A stretch of DNA of 64,000 nucleotides, taken from assembly GCF_964355755.1 (NCBI RefSeq), contig NC_092673.1, positions 14,914,948-14,978,947 on the forward strand, read 5' to 3'. The notes under the pieces were generated by a model. It was not told the origin of the DNA. It was given only the letters and a program-made list of their open reading frames with translations, and did no database searches. The stretch's first letter is position 1, and every line of letters starts with the position of its first letter. A program made the position numbers and the translations under genes. Source of the stretch: Antedon mediterranea (taxonomy: Eukaryota; Animalia; Echinodermata). Positions 1 to 14,100 of this stretch are shown one piece after another.

Positions 1-13
1 TAGGCCTATATAT

Positions 14-86
14 GGGGAACTAGCTCAGATGGTAGAGCGCTCGCTTTGCATGTGAGAGGTACCGGGATCAATGCCCGGGTTCTCCA
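14..86 (+). tRNA. tRNA-Ala(TGC)
   Basis: GGGGAAC...GTTCTCCA, 73-nt cloverleaf; G3:U70 pair and A73 (Ala identity); anticodon arm CTCGC-TTTGCAT-GTGAG; T arm CCGGG-ATCAATG-CCCGG (A54-type loop as in animal tRNA-Ala). Confidence 0.9.
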
Positions 87-123
87 ATAATGTCGGTTAA
101 AGTTTATTACCGGTATCGTTACA

Positions 124-130
124 TTTTTTT
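124..130 (+). terminator. Oligo-T RNA polymerase III terminator (representative; present about 37 nt downstream of nearly every tRNA-Ala copy)
   Basis: T7 run downstream of the tRNA 3' end; T5-T8 run conserved in array units. Confidence 0.65.
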
Positions 131-196
131 GCTGAGATTTTTAACTAATGTATATATTTCATTGTAATAATACTGGTTACAATATGAACAGTAACA

Positions 197-1718
197 CTAG
201 ACATGTAACTCGTCACTTTGACGAGTTTGGTTATCCGCCGCGCAAGTGGTGCAACATTAACATTAAGGGGATAGGTTGAGGACAAAAGGAAGTGTTCACG
301 TTGGCATTATGACCTGAACTGAAGAATATGATATGTTGTTATTGCTGAATTTTATTATTTAAATTCATATATAGTATACACAGTCTAATCTGTATCCATA
401 TCACATACAGTGTAGAATAGGTGAAATTACGGGACCCGCTATTTATTGCAATTTTTAACATGTTGACGGTTTTAAAATGAAACGCGAAGGTAGCAATTCT
501 GAAAGTAAATTATCTCAGCAACAACGTATTAGCGTGTAGAAGAAATTTGAATACGTGAAATATTGATGCGCGCTCTTTTAAATGTAATGAATTATGACGC
601 AAAAGATGAAAATACGACCTTTTTTATTTAACTGGCCATATGATGACGTCACAACATCCGATTGGCAACATTTTAACATAATTTCGTATCTACAATCCAA
701 TAGCTTCCAGAAAAAGTTTTAATCGTGATTATCACATTTTATTCTTACGAGCTATAACAGATTAAAATTTACTGTAAAGATGAAATTGATGCCACACGTG
801 ATTTCAATTTTTAGGCATGATGACGTCATAAAAATTAAAATATTTTTCACTCATGCGAAAGATAGTTGATTGACCTAGACAATATCAAAATCGGGGTGAA
901 AATGGAAAACGGATAAGTGGAGATGCGCTCTATTCAATGTGATGAGCTATGACGAAAGATACAAAAATCCTAAATTTTATATTCGCGTGGCCATACGATG
1001 ACGTCACAATGTCCGGTTAGCCATATTAATACCTGATCCGATATCTACAACTCATCTACTTCCAGAATATGCCATCCACAAAAAGTTGACCGTTTAGTTT
1101 AGAAATTACGACTGTTTAAAAAAAGGCATATTTTAAACGAATTTTTTAACCTTTTCATAAAAAACGCGCGCAAATTGTCCAATTCGACGTGCTCGTATGA
1201 CGTATCTTTAAGTCGAAATTGTTAAAAATTTGGTAAAATTACATGAAAAGGCTGGAAAAACATAAATCACGCGAAAAAAATACGTTTTCAATGCTACGTG
1301 CGCACCGCACACGTAAAAATGTGCGCACGCGTGGGAATTTTTTACATGCTTAAAACGACATGAAACGCGTAGAAAGTTGATTATAAATTAGTTTCGCGCA
1401 TTTTGAAATTTTAAATGCACGTGCGCGCGTAACTTTGTGTAAAACACGCAATTTTTTTTCAACAGAAAGTTAGCGCATGATATAAATTAAACTTTTGCAA
1501 AGTTTCAAGTTGAAATGTTATTTGGTTTTCGACATATGTTAAATACGAGAAAATCGTTAAATCGCGCGTACGTCACGTTGCGCAATTGTAAACATCATGA
1601 AAAGCTTCGCTTGACGACGTTACATAAATGTCAAAATGTTAACATAGTTAACAAAATGTTATGTTTGCAAGTTTCAGAGAAAAGCGTTACACAAAAATCA
1701 TACAGAAAGAAAGAAGAA
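197..1718 (-). mobile_element. Family A copy 1 (outermost; its displaced 5' end is at 26745-26826)
   Basis: Body stops at ...gaaagaagaa; the missing continuation gaataaaaagttgatg...ggataaccaa is the last segment of the cluster. Confidence 0.8.
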
Positions 1719-3254
1719 CTAGACATGTAACTCGTCACTTTGACGAGTTTGGTTATCCGCCGCGCAAGTGGTGCAACATTAACATTAAGGGGATAGGTTG
1801 AGGACAAAAGGAAGTGTTCACGTTGGCATTATGACCTGAACTGAAGAATATGATCTGTTGTTATTGCTGAATTTTATTATTTAAATTCATATATAGTATA
1901 CACAGTATAATCTGTATCCATATCACATACAGTGTAGAATAGGTGAAATTACGGGACCCGCTATTTATTGCAATTTTTAACATGTTGACGGTTTTAAAAT
2001 GAAACGCGAAGTTAGCAATTCCGAAAGGAAATTATCTCAGCAACAACGTATTAGCGTGTAGAAGAAATTTGAATACGTTAAATATTGATGCGCGCTCTTT
2101 TAAATGTAATGAATTATGACGCAAAAGATGAAAATACGACCTTTTTTATTTAACTGGCCATATGATGACGTCACAACATCCGATTGGCAACATTTTTACA
2201 TAATTTCGTATCTACAATCCAATAGCTTCCAGAAAAAGTTTTAATCGTGATTATCACATTTTATTCTTACGAGCTATAACAGATTAAAATTTACTGTAAA
2301 GATGAAATTAATGCCACACGTGATTTCAATTTTTAGGCATGATGACGTCATAAAAATTAAAATATTTTTAACTCATGCGAAAGATAGTTGATAGACATAG
2401 ACAATATCAAAATCGGGGTGAAAATGAAAAACGGATAAGTGGAGATGCGCTCTATTCAATGTGATGAGCTATGACGAAAGATACAAAAATCCTAAATTTT
2501 ATGTTCGCGTGGCCATACGATGACGTCACAATGTCCGGTTAGCCATATTAATACCTGATCCGATATCTACAACTCATCTACTTCCAGAATATGTCATCCA
2601 CAAAAATTTGACCGTCTAGTTTAGAAATTACGACTGTTTAAAAAAAGGCATATTTTAAACGAATTTTTTAACCTTTTCATAAAAAACGCGCGCAAATTGT
2701 CCAATTCGACGTGCTCGTATGACGTATCTTTAAGTCGAAATTGTTTAAAATTTGGTAAAATTACTAGAAAATGCCTGAAAAACATAAATCACGCGAAAAA
2801 AATACGTTTTCAATGCTACGTGCGCACCGCACACGTAGAAATGTGCGCACACGTGGGAATTTTTGACATGCTTAAAACGACATGAAACGCGTAGAAAGTT
2901 GATTATAAATTAATTTTGCGCATTTTGAAATTTTAAATGCGCGTGCGCGCGTAACTTTGTGTAAAACACGCAATTTTTTTTCAACAGAAAGTTAGCGCAT
3001 GATATAAATTAAACTTTTGCAAAGTTTCATTTTAAAATGTTATTTGGTTTTCGACATATGTTAAATACGAGAAAATCGTTAAATCGCGCGTACGTCACGT
3101 TGCGCGATTGTAAACATCATGAAAAGCTTCGCTTGACGACGTTACATAAATGTCAAAATGTTAACATAGTTAACAAAATGTTATGTTTGCAAGTTTTAGA
3201 GAAAAGCGTTACACAAAAATCATACAGAAAGAAAGAAGATTAAGAAAAAGATGA
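1719..3254 (-). mobile_element. Family A copy 2 (interrupted by copy 3; 5' end at 4849-4904)
   Basis: Stops at ...aaaaagatga; the continuation tgatgatttcg...ggataaccaa follows copy 3. Confidence 0.8.
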
Positions 3255-4848
3255 CTAGACATGTAACTCGTCACTTTGACGAGTTTGGTTATCCGCCGCG
3301 CAAGTGGTGCAACATTAACATTAAGGGGATAGGTTGAGGACAAAAGGAAGTGTTCACGTTGGCATTATGACCTGAACTGAAGAATATGATATGTTGTTAT
3401 TGCTGAATTTTATTATTTAAATTCATATATAGTATACACAGTATAATCTGTATCCATATCACATACAGTGTAGAATAGGTGAAATTACGGGACCCGCTAT
3501 TTATTGCAATTTTTTAACATGTTGACGGTTTTAAAATGAAACGCGAAGGTACCAATTCCGAAAGGAAATTATCTCAGCAACAACGTATTAGCGTGTAGAA
3601 GAAATTTGAATACGTGAAATATTGATGCGCGCTCTTTTAAATGTAATGAATTATGACGCAAAAGATGAAAATACGACCTTTTTTATTTAACTGGCCATAT
3701 GATTACGTCACAACATCCGATTGGCAACATTTTTACATAATTTCGTATCTACAGTCCAATAGCTTCCAGAAAAAGTTTTAATCGTGATTATCACATTTTA
3801 TTCTTACGAGCTATAACAGATTAAAATTTACTGTAAAGATGAAATTAATGCCACACGTGATTTAAATTTTTAAGCACGATGACGTAAAAAAAATTAAAAT
3901 ATTTTTAACTCATGCGAAAGATAGTTGATTGACCTAGACAATATCAAAATCGGGGTGAAAATGGAAAACGGATAAGTGGAGATGCGCTCTATTCAATGTG
4001 ATGAGCTATGACGAAAGATACAAAATCCTAAATTTTATATTTGCGTGGCCATACGATGACATCACAATGTCCGGTTAGCCATATTAATACCTGATCCAAT
4101 ATCTACAACTCATCTACTTCCAGAAAATGACATCCACAAAAAGTTGACCGTTTAGTTTAGAAATTACGACTGTTTTAAAAAAGGCATATTTTAAACGAAT
4201 TTTTTAACGTTTTCATAAAAAACGCGCGCAAATTGTCCAATTCGACGTGCTCGTATGACGTATCTTTAAGTCAAAATTGTTTAAAATTTGGTAAAATTAC
4301 TAGAAAAGGCTGGAAAATCATAAATCACGCGAAAAAAATACGTTTTCAATGCTACGTGCGCTCCGCACACGTAAAATTGTGCGCATGCGTGGGAATTTTT
4401 GACATGCTTAAACCGACATGAAACGCGTAGAAAGTTGATTAGAAATTAATTTTGCGCATTTTGAAATTTTAAATGCGCGTGCGCGCGTAACTTTGTGTAA
4501 AACACGCAATTTTTTTCAACAGAAGGTTAGCGCATGATATAAATTAAACTTTTGCAAAGTTTCACTTTTAAATGTTATTTGGTTTTCGACATATGTTAAA
4601 TACGAGAAAATCGTTAAATCGCGCGTACGTCACATTGCGCGATTGTAAACATCATGAAAAGCTTCGCTTGACGACGTTACATAAATGTCAAAATGTTAAC
4701 ATAGTTAACAAAATGTTATGTTTGCAAGTTTTAGAGAAAAGCGTTACACAAAAATCATACAGAAAGAAAGAAGATTAAGAAAAAGATGATGATGATGATT
4801 TCGTACAATCACAAGAGGTTATCCTGCAACTTCGTTGCGGATAACCAA
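3255..4848 (-). mobile_element. Family A copy 3, complete ~1.6-kb non-autonomous element
   Basis: CTAG...GGATAACCAA (plus strand) with both subTIRs and both hairpins; no Rep/helicase ORF. Confidence 0.85.
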
Positions 4849-4904
4849 TGATGATTTCGTACAATCACAAGAGGTTATCCTGCAACTTCGTTGCGGATAA
4901 CCAA

Positions 4905-6442
4905 CTAGACATGTAACTCGTCACTTTGACGAGTTTGGTTATCCGCCGCGCAAGTGGTGCAACATTAACATTAAGGGGATAGGTTGAGGACAAAAGGAAG
5001 TGTTCACGTTGGCATTATGATCTGAACTGAAGAATATGATATGTTGTTATTGCTGAATTTTATTATTTAAATTCATATATAGTATACACAGTATATTCTG
5101 TATCCATATCACATACAGTGACATACAGTGTAGAATAGGTGAAATTACGGGACCTGCTATTTATTGCAATTTTTAACATGTTGACGGTTTTAAAATAAAA
5201 CGCGAAGGTAGCAATTCCGAAAGGAAATTATCTCAGCAACAACGTATTAGCGTGTAGAAGAAATTTGAATACGTGAAATATTGATGCGCGCTCTTTTAAA
5301 TGTAATGAATTATGACGCAAAAGATGAAAATACGACCTTTTTCATTTAACTGGCCATATGATGACGTCACAACATCCGATTGGCAACATTTTTACATAAT
5401 TTCGTATCTACAATCCAATAGCTTCCAGAAAAAGTTTTAATCGTGATTATCACATTTTATTCTTACGAGCTATAACAGATTAAAATTTACTGTAAAGATG
5501 AAATTGATGCCACACGTGATTTAAATTTTTAGGCATGATGACGTCAAAAAAATTAAAATATTTTTAACTCATGCGAAAGATAGTTGATTGACCTAGACAA
5601 TATCAAAATCAGGGTGAAAATGGAAAACGAATAGGTGGAGATGCGCTCTATTCAATGTGATGAGTTATGACGAAAGATACAAAAATCCTAAATTTTATAT
5701 TCGCGTGGCCATACGATGACGTCACAATGTCCGGTTAGCCATATTAATACCTGATCCGATATCTACAACTCATCTACTTCCAGAATATGTCATTCACAAA
5801 AAGTTGACCGTCTAGTTTAGAAATTACGACTGTTTAAAAAAAGGCATATTTTAAACGAATTTTTTGACCTTTTCATAAAAAACGCGCGCAAATTGTCCAA
5901 TTCGACGTGCTCGTATGACGTATCTTTAAGTCGAAATTGTTTAAAATTTGGTAAAATTACTAGAAAAGGCTGGAAAAACATAAATCACGCGAAAAAAATA
6001 CGTTTTCAATGCTACGTGCGCACCGCACACGTAAAAATGTGCGCACGCGTGGGAATTTTTGACATGCTTAAAACGACATAAAACGCGTAGAAAGTTGATT
6101 ATAAATTAATTTTGCGCATTTTGAAATTTTAAATACGCGTGCGCGCGTAACTTTGTGTAAAACACGCAATTTTTTTTCAACAGAAAGTTAGCGCATGATA
6201 TAAATTAAACTTTTGCAAAGTTTCACTTTAAAATGTTATTTGGTTTTCGACATATGTTAGATACGAGAAAATCGTTAAATCGCGCGTACGTCACGTTGCG
6301 CAATTGTAAACATCATGAAAAGCTTCGCTTGACGACGTTACATAAATGTCAAAATGTTAACATAGTTACCGAAATGTTATGTTTGCGAGTTTTAGAGAAA
6401 AGCGTTACACAAAAATCATACAGAAAGAAAGAAGAAGAATAA
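4905..6442 (-). mobile_element. Family A copy 4 (interrupted by copy 5; 5' end at 8050-8128)
   Basis: Stops at ...gaagaataa; the continuation aaagttgatg... follows copy 5 and restores taaaaagttg exactly. Confidence 0.8.
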
Positions 6443-8049
6443 CTAGACATGTAACTCGTCACTTTGACGAGTTTGGTTATCCGCCGCGCAAGTGGTGCAA
6501 CATTAACATTAAGGGGATAGGTTGAGGACAAAAGGAAGTGTTCACGTTGGCATTATGACCTGAACTGAAGAATATGATCTGTTGTTATTGCTGAATTTTA
6601 TTATTTAAATTCATATATAGTATACACAGTATAATCTGTATCCATATCACATACAGTGTAGAATAGGTGAAATTACGGGACCCGCTATTTATTGCAATTT
6701 TTAACATGTTGATGGTTTTAAAATGAAACGCGAAGTTAGCAATTCCGAAAGCAAATTATCTCAGCAACAACGTATTAGCGTGTAGAAGAAATTTGAATAC
6801 GTTAAATATTGATGCGCGCTCTTTTAAATGTAATGAATTATGACGAAAAAGATGAAAATACGACCTTTTTTATTTAACTGGCCATATGATGACGTCACAA
6901 CATCCGATTGGCAACATTTTTACATAATTTCATATCTACAATCCAATAGCTTCCAGAAAAAGTTTTAATCGTGATTATCACATTTTATTCTTACGAGCTA
7001 TAACAGATTAAAATTTACTGTAAAGATGAAATTGATGCCACACGTGATTTAAATTTTTAGGCATGATGACGTCAAAAAAATTAAAAGATTTTTAACTCAT
7101 GCGAAAGATAGTTGATTGACCTAGACAATATCAAAATCGGGGTGAAAATGGAAAACGGATAAGTGGAGATGCGCTCTATTCAATGTGATGAGCTATGACG
7201 AAAGATACAAAAATACTAAATTTTATATTCGCGTGGCCATACGATGACGTCACAATGTCCGGTTAGCCATATTAATACCTGATCCGATATCTAAAACTCA
7301 TCTACTTCCAGAATATGTCATCCACAAAAATTTGACCGTCTAGTTTAGAAATTACGACTGTTTAAAAAAAGGCATATTTTAAACGAATTTTTTAACCTTT
7401 TCATAAAAAACGCGCGCAAATTGTCCAATTCGACGTGCTCGTATGACGTATCTTTAAGTCGAAATTGTTTAAAATTTGGTAAAATTACTAGAAAAGGCTG
7501 GAAAAACATAAATCACGCGAAAAAAATACGTTTTCAATGCTACGTGCGCACCGCACACGTAGAAATGTGCGCACGCGTGGGAATTTTTGACATGCTTAAA
7601 ACGACATGAAACGCGTAGAAAGTTAATTATAAATTAATTTTGCGCATTTTGAAATTTTAAATGTGCGTGCGCGCGTAACTTTGTGTAAAACACGCAATTT
7701 TTTTTCAACAGAAATTTAGCGCATGATATAAATTAAACTTTTGCAAAGTTTCACTTTAAAATGTTATTTGGTTTTCGACATATGTTAAATACGATAAAAT
7801 CGTTAAATCGCGCGTACGTCACGTTGCGCAATTGTAAACATCATGAAAAGCTTCGCTTGACGACGTTACATAAATGTCAAAATGTTGACATAGTTAACAA
7901 AATGTTATGTTTGCGAGTTTTAGAGAAAAGCGTTACACAAAAATCATACAGAAAGAAAGAAGAAGAATAAAAAGTTGATGATGATGATGATGATGATGAT
8001 TTCGTACAATCACAAGAGGTTATCCTGCAACTTCGTTGCGGATAACCAA
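6443..8049 (-). mobile_element. Family A copy 5, complete
   Basis: Both termini present. Confidence 0.85.
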
Positions 8050-8128
8050 AAAGTTGATGATGATGATGATGATGATGATTTCGTACAATCACAAGAGGTT
8101 ATCCTGCAACTTCGTTGCGGATAACCAA

Positions 8129-9661
8129 CTAGACATGTAACTCGTCACTTTGACGAGTTTGGTTATCCGCCGCGCAAGTGGTGCAACATTAACATTAAGG
8201 GGATAGGTTGAGGACAAAAGGAAGTGTTCACGTTGGCATTATGACCTGAACTGAAGAATATGATATGTTGTTATTGCTGAATTTTATTATTTAAATTCAT
8301 ATATAGTATACACAGTATAATCTGTATCCATATCACATACAGTGTAGAATAGGTGAAATTACGGGACCCGCTATTTATTGCAATTTTTAACATGTTGACG
8401 GTTTTAAAATGAAACGCGAAGGTAGCAATTCCGAAAGGAAATTATCTCAGCAACAACGTATTAGCGTGTAGAAGAAATTTGAATACGTGAAATATTGATG
8501 CGCGCTCTTTTAAATGTAATGAATTTTGACGCAAAAGATGAAAATACGACCTTTTTTATGTAACTGGCCATATGATGACGTCACAACATCCGATTGGCAA
8601 CATTTTTACATAATTTCGTATCTACAATCCAATAGCTTCCAGAAAAAGTTTTAATCGTAATTATCACATTTTATTCTTACGAGCCATAACAGATTAAAAT
8701 TTACTGTAAAGATGAAATTGATGCCACACGTGATTTAAATTTTTAGGCATGATGACGTCAAAAAAATTAAAATATTTTTAACTCATGCGAAAGATAGTTG
8801 ATTGACCTAGACAATATCAAAATCGGGGTGAAAATAGAAAACGGATAAGTGGAGATGCGCTCTATTCAATGTGATGAGCTATGACGAAAGATACAAAAAT
8901 CCTAAATTTTATATTCGCGTGGCCATACGATGACGTCACAATGTCCGGTTAGCCATATTAATACCTGATCCGATATCTACAACTCATTTACTTCTAGAAT
9001 ATGTCATCCACAAAAATTTGACCGTCTACTTTAGAAATTACGACTGTTTAAAAAAAGGCATATTTTAAACGATTTTTTTAACCTTTTCATAAGAAACGCG
9101 CGCAAATTGTCCAATTCGACGTGCTCGTATGACGTATCTTTAAGTCGAAATTGTTTAAAATTTGGTAACATTACTAGAAAAGGCTGGAACAAAATAAATC
9201 ACGCGAAAAAAATACGTTTTCAATGCTACGTGCGCACCGCACACGTAAAAATGTGCGCACGCGTGGGAATTTTTGACATGCTTAAAACGACATGAAACGC
9301 GTAGAAAGTTGATTAAAAATTAATTTTGCGCATTTTGAAATTTTAAATGCGCGTGCGCGCGTAACTTTGTATAAAACACGCAATTTTTTTTCAACAGAAA
9401 GTTAGCGCATGATATAAATTAAACTTTTGCAAAGTTTCACTTTTAAATGTTATTTGGTTTTCGACATTTGTTAAATACGAGAAAATCGTTAAATCGCGCG
9501 TACGTCACGTTGCGCAATTGTAAACATCATGAAAAGCTTCGCTTGACGACGTTACATAAATGTCAAAATGTTAACATAGTTAACAAAATGTTATGTTTGC
9601 AAGTTTTAGAGAAAAGCGTTACACAAAAATCATACAGAAAGAAAGAAGATTAAGAAAAAGA
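8129..9661 (-). mobile_element. Family A copy 6 (5' end displaced)
   Basis: Begins CTAGACATG, stops at ...taagaaaaaga. Confidence 0.8.
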
Positions 9662-11186
9662 CTAGACATGTAACTCGTCACTTTGACGAGTTTGGTTATC
9701 CGCAGCGCAAGTGGTGCAACATTAACATTAAGGGGATAGGTTGAGGACAAAAGGAAGTGTTCACGTTGGCATTATGACCTGAACTGAAGAATATGATATG
9801 TTGTTATTGCTGAATTTTATTATTTAAATTCATATATAGTATACACAGTATAATCTGTATCCATATCACATACAGTGTAGAATAGGTGAAATTACGGGAC
9901 CCGCTATTTATTGCAATTTTTAACATGTTGACGGTTTTAAAATGAAACGCGAAGGTAGCAATTCCGAAAGGAAATTATCTCAGCAACAACGTATTAGCGT
10001 GTAGAAGAAATTTGAATACGTGAAATATTGATGTGCGCTCTTTTAAATGTAATGAATTATGACGCAAAAGATGAAAATACGACCTTTTTTATTTAACTGG
10101 CCATATGATGACGTCACAACATCCGATTGGCAACATTTTAACATAATTTCGTATCTACAATCCAATAGCTTCCAGAAAAAGTTTTAATCGTGATTATCAC
10201 ATTTTATTCTTACGAGCTATAACAGATTAAAATTTACTGTAAAGATGAAATTGATGCCACACGTGATTTCAATTTTTAGGCATGATGACGTCATAAAAAT
10301 TAAAATATTTTTAACTCATGCGAAAGATAGTTGATTGAACTAGACAATATCAAAATCGGGGTGAAAATGGAAAACGGATAAGTGGAGATGCGCTCTATTC
10401 AATGTGATGAGCTATGACGAAAGATACAAAAATCCTAAATTTTATATTCGCGTGGCCATACGATAACGTCACAATGTCCGGTTAGCCATATTAATACCTG
10501 ATCCGATATCTACAACTCATCTACTTCCAGAATATGCCATCCACAAAAAGTTGACCTTCTAGTTTAGAAATTACGACTGTTTAAAAAAAGGCATATTTTA
10601 AACGAATTTTTTAACCTTTTCATAAAAAACGCGCGCAAATTGTCCAATTCGACGTGCTCGTATGACGTATCTTTAAGTCGAAATTGTTAAAAATTTGGTA
10701 AAATTACATGAAAAGGCTGGAAAAACATAAATCACGCGAAAAAAATACGTTTTCAATGCTACGTGCGCACCGCACACGTAAAAATGTGCGCACGCGTGGG
10801 AATTTTTGACATGCTTAAAACGACATGAAACACGTAGAAAGTTGATTATAAATTAATTTCGTGCATTTTGAAATTTTAAATGCGCGTGCGCGCGTAACTT
10901 TGTGTAAAACACGCAATTTTTTTTCAACAGAAAGTTAGCGCATGATATAAATTAAACTTTTGCAAAGTTTCACTTTAAAATGTTATTTGGTTTTCGACAT
11001 ATGTTAAATACGAGAAAATCGTTAAATCGCGCGTACGTCACGTTGCGCAATTGTAAACATCATGAAAAGCTTCGCTTGACGACGTTACATAAATGTCAAA
11101 ATGTTAACATAGTTAACAAAATGTTATGTTTGCAAGTTTCAGAGAAAAGCGTTACACAAAAATCATACAGAAAGAAAGAAGAAAAA
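9662..11186 (-). mobile_element. Family A copy 7 (5' end displaced)
   Basis: Begins CTAGACATG, stops at ...gaagaaaaa. Confidence 0.8.
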
Positions 11187-14100
11187 CTAGACATGTAACT
11201 CGTCACTTTGACGAGTTTGGTTATCCGCCGCGCAGTGGTGCAACATTAACATTAAGGGGATAGGTTGAGGACAAAAGGAAGTGTTCACGTTGGCATTATG
11301 ACCTGAACTGAAGAATATGATATGTTGTTATTGCTGAATTTTATTATTTAAATTCATATATGTGTACAGCCAAATCAAAACCAGGCATTTGTCGTAAATG
11401 TGACATTTTGAGTTTTAAAGATATTTGTACAGAGCACATAATTTGCTTCAAATACTGAAAAAATTATTCAATTTGGTCAAGTATTTTTAGAGTTATGATA
11501 CAATAAGTAAAGAAATACAAGTAAGAATTCATTTTTATTTAGCAGTGAAAAATGCATTCAAAGATCAACAATAGTTCAAACAGGAAGTTTAAATGTGCTG
11601 GCAGACAGCGACTCATGTTCACCTTGACAACGCTAACTTCTAGTATACCTATGACTTTGAAATTTAGCACAAATGTAACTAATACATTTTTCTATAATCA
11701 TTGAAATTTTCAAAGAATCCAGTAACATTAACATTGTCAAATGAGACTTCAAATAACAACATACGTTAGTAAACTTTTTTTACTAAACTTATGTTATGTG
11801 TGAGGCTTGTAATAACTATAAATAAGTACTATTAATAAAGTGACAATAAAAATACAAACACATAGAAATGAACCAAAATTAATGATACACAGACAGTTGA
11901 TTGTGTTTGATGTGTTTAAATTTATTTACAATTGGTACACTTTAAATTATAACATTTTGGTCATTTCAGGCTGCGTGTTACAACAGTATTATCATCTTTT
12001 GTGCCGGGTCTTTTAAATACATACATATTTTTCGATACAATTATTTCACGGTTTTATTCAGGGTTTACGTTGCATAATAGAATACATGTGTCATGTATCA
12101 TCAGAATCAAAGTCATTTTTGTAAAGTTATATTAAGCACCGTATCACCATTATTGGAGTTGTTTGAGAAGAGAAAGTAGCAACAGCATCACCACCACTGT
12201 CAAAACTATTGGTATACATTACAGTATTACCAATCAAGATCTGAAAACAGAATGAAAAATTAAATTAAACTTTTTTAAACACATTTAAAAATCTTTTTTT
12301 TTTTGGGCTAGGCCTAGACCAAGGTATGCTAGGTGGTTTTACTAGGCTAACTTGAAGTACTAAGCTGGCATACAGTTCATCTCTTATCTTATGCCTAGGC
12401 TAGGCCTAATATTTTGATCAAAAGTGTTTCAGTGTTCACCAAACTGAGTGTGTCGCGCTAGAAAGTCATTTCGTACTTTCTAACCTCTTGTTGTTTATGA
12501 TTCGCTAGCGAAGCCAATATTTCTACTTTTCATATTATATAAATCATTAAACTATTCTATGTTGTTTTATTATTATCTAGGATGCATAAATAGCAAGTAT
12601 AAATTAATATTGAATGTTTTTTACAGTAAGAATGTTTTGTTAAAACCTTACCGCTTCCTCAGTGTACTTTGAATAGCTGTTAAAGGCAAATTTAACGCTT
12701 CAATGACTTGAGCCACTCTGTTAGCCAATCAAATTGCCTGTTTCAGGATTCCGTAGCAACAAGACTGGTTTGCTTATACCCAAAAGGTTATTAAAGAATG
12801 TGTTTGATTGGCTATACTATTATTTTACATGACCTACAACCTTTATCTTTGGAAAGATTTTTTCACGAGCTTTCTAAAAATACCACACATTAAGGGGTCT
12901 TCTCATAATCAAAGAGGTAAAAGTTGGTTAGAAATAGACACAAATTACAGAATAGAACTTGATTTTTTCACCAAAGACGAAAAAGGGGGGTCTCATTAAA
13001 ATGTTATTTTCATTGATTTATACTTATAATTTCTTTAAAATACATAGATTTTTGGAATCTACGGTAAATTTTCTGTAAGATTATTTAAAAAACTAAAAAT
13101 GGTCAAGATATAGGTTTTACACATTCAGAAGCATTTTACAGAAATCCCTTGCTGCCGACAAACGCCTGGTTTTGGTTTGGCGGTACACATATAGTATACA
13201 CAGTATAATCTGTATCCATATCACATACAGTGACATACAGTGTAGAATAGGTGAAATTACGGGACCCGCTATTTATTGCAATTTTTAACATATTGACGGT
13301 TTTAAAATGAAACGCGAAGGTAGCAATTCCGAAAGGAAATTATCTCAGCAACAACATATTAGTGTGTAGAAGAAATTTGAATGCGGGAAATATTGATGCG
13401 CGCTCTTTTAAACGTAATGAATTATGACGCAAAAGATGAAAATACGACCTTTTTTATTTAACTGACCATATGATGACGTCACAACATCCGATTGGCAAAA
13501 TTTTTACATAATTTCGTATCTACAATCCAATACCTTCCAGAAAAAGTTTTAATCGTGATTATCACATTTTATTCTTACGAGCTATAACAGATTAAAATTT
13601 ACTGTAAAGATGAAATTGATGCCACACGTGATTTAAATTTTTAGGCATGATGACGTAAAAAAAATTAAAATATTTTTAACTCATGCGAAAGATAGTTGAT
13701 TGACCTAGACAATATCAAAATCGGGGTGAAAATGGAAAACGAATAAGTGGAGATGCGCTCTATTCAATGTGATGAGCTATGACGAAAGATACAAAAATCC
13801 TAAATTTTATATTCGCGTGGCCATACGATGACGTCACAATGTCCGGTTAGCCATATTAATACCTGATCCGATATCTACAACTCATCTACTTCCAGAATAT
13901 GTCATCCACAAAAAGTTGACCGTCTAGTTTAGAAATTACGACTGTTTAAAAAAAGGCATATTTTAAACGAATTTTTTAACCTTTTCATAAAAAACGCGCG
14001 CAAATTGTCCAATTCGACGTTCTCGTATGACGTATCTTTAAGTCGAAATTGTTCAAAATTTGGTAAAATTACTAGAAAATGCTGGAAAAACATAAATCAC

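Noticed and set aside
7877-8092. Poly-His/poly-Ser ORF (also 15994-16212)
   Set aside because: Translation of the (ATC)n microsatellite
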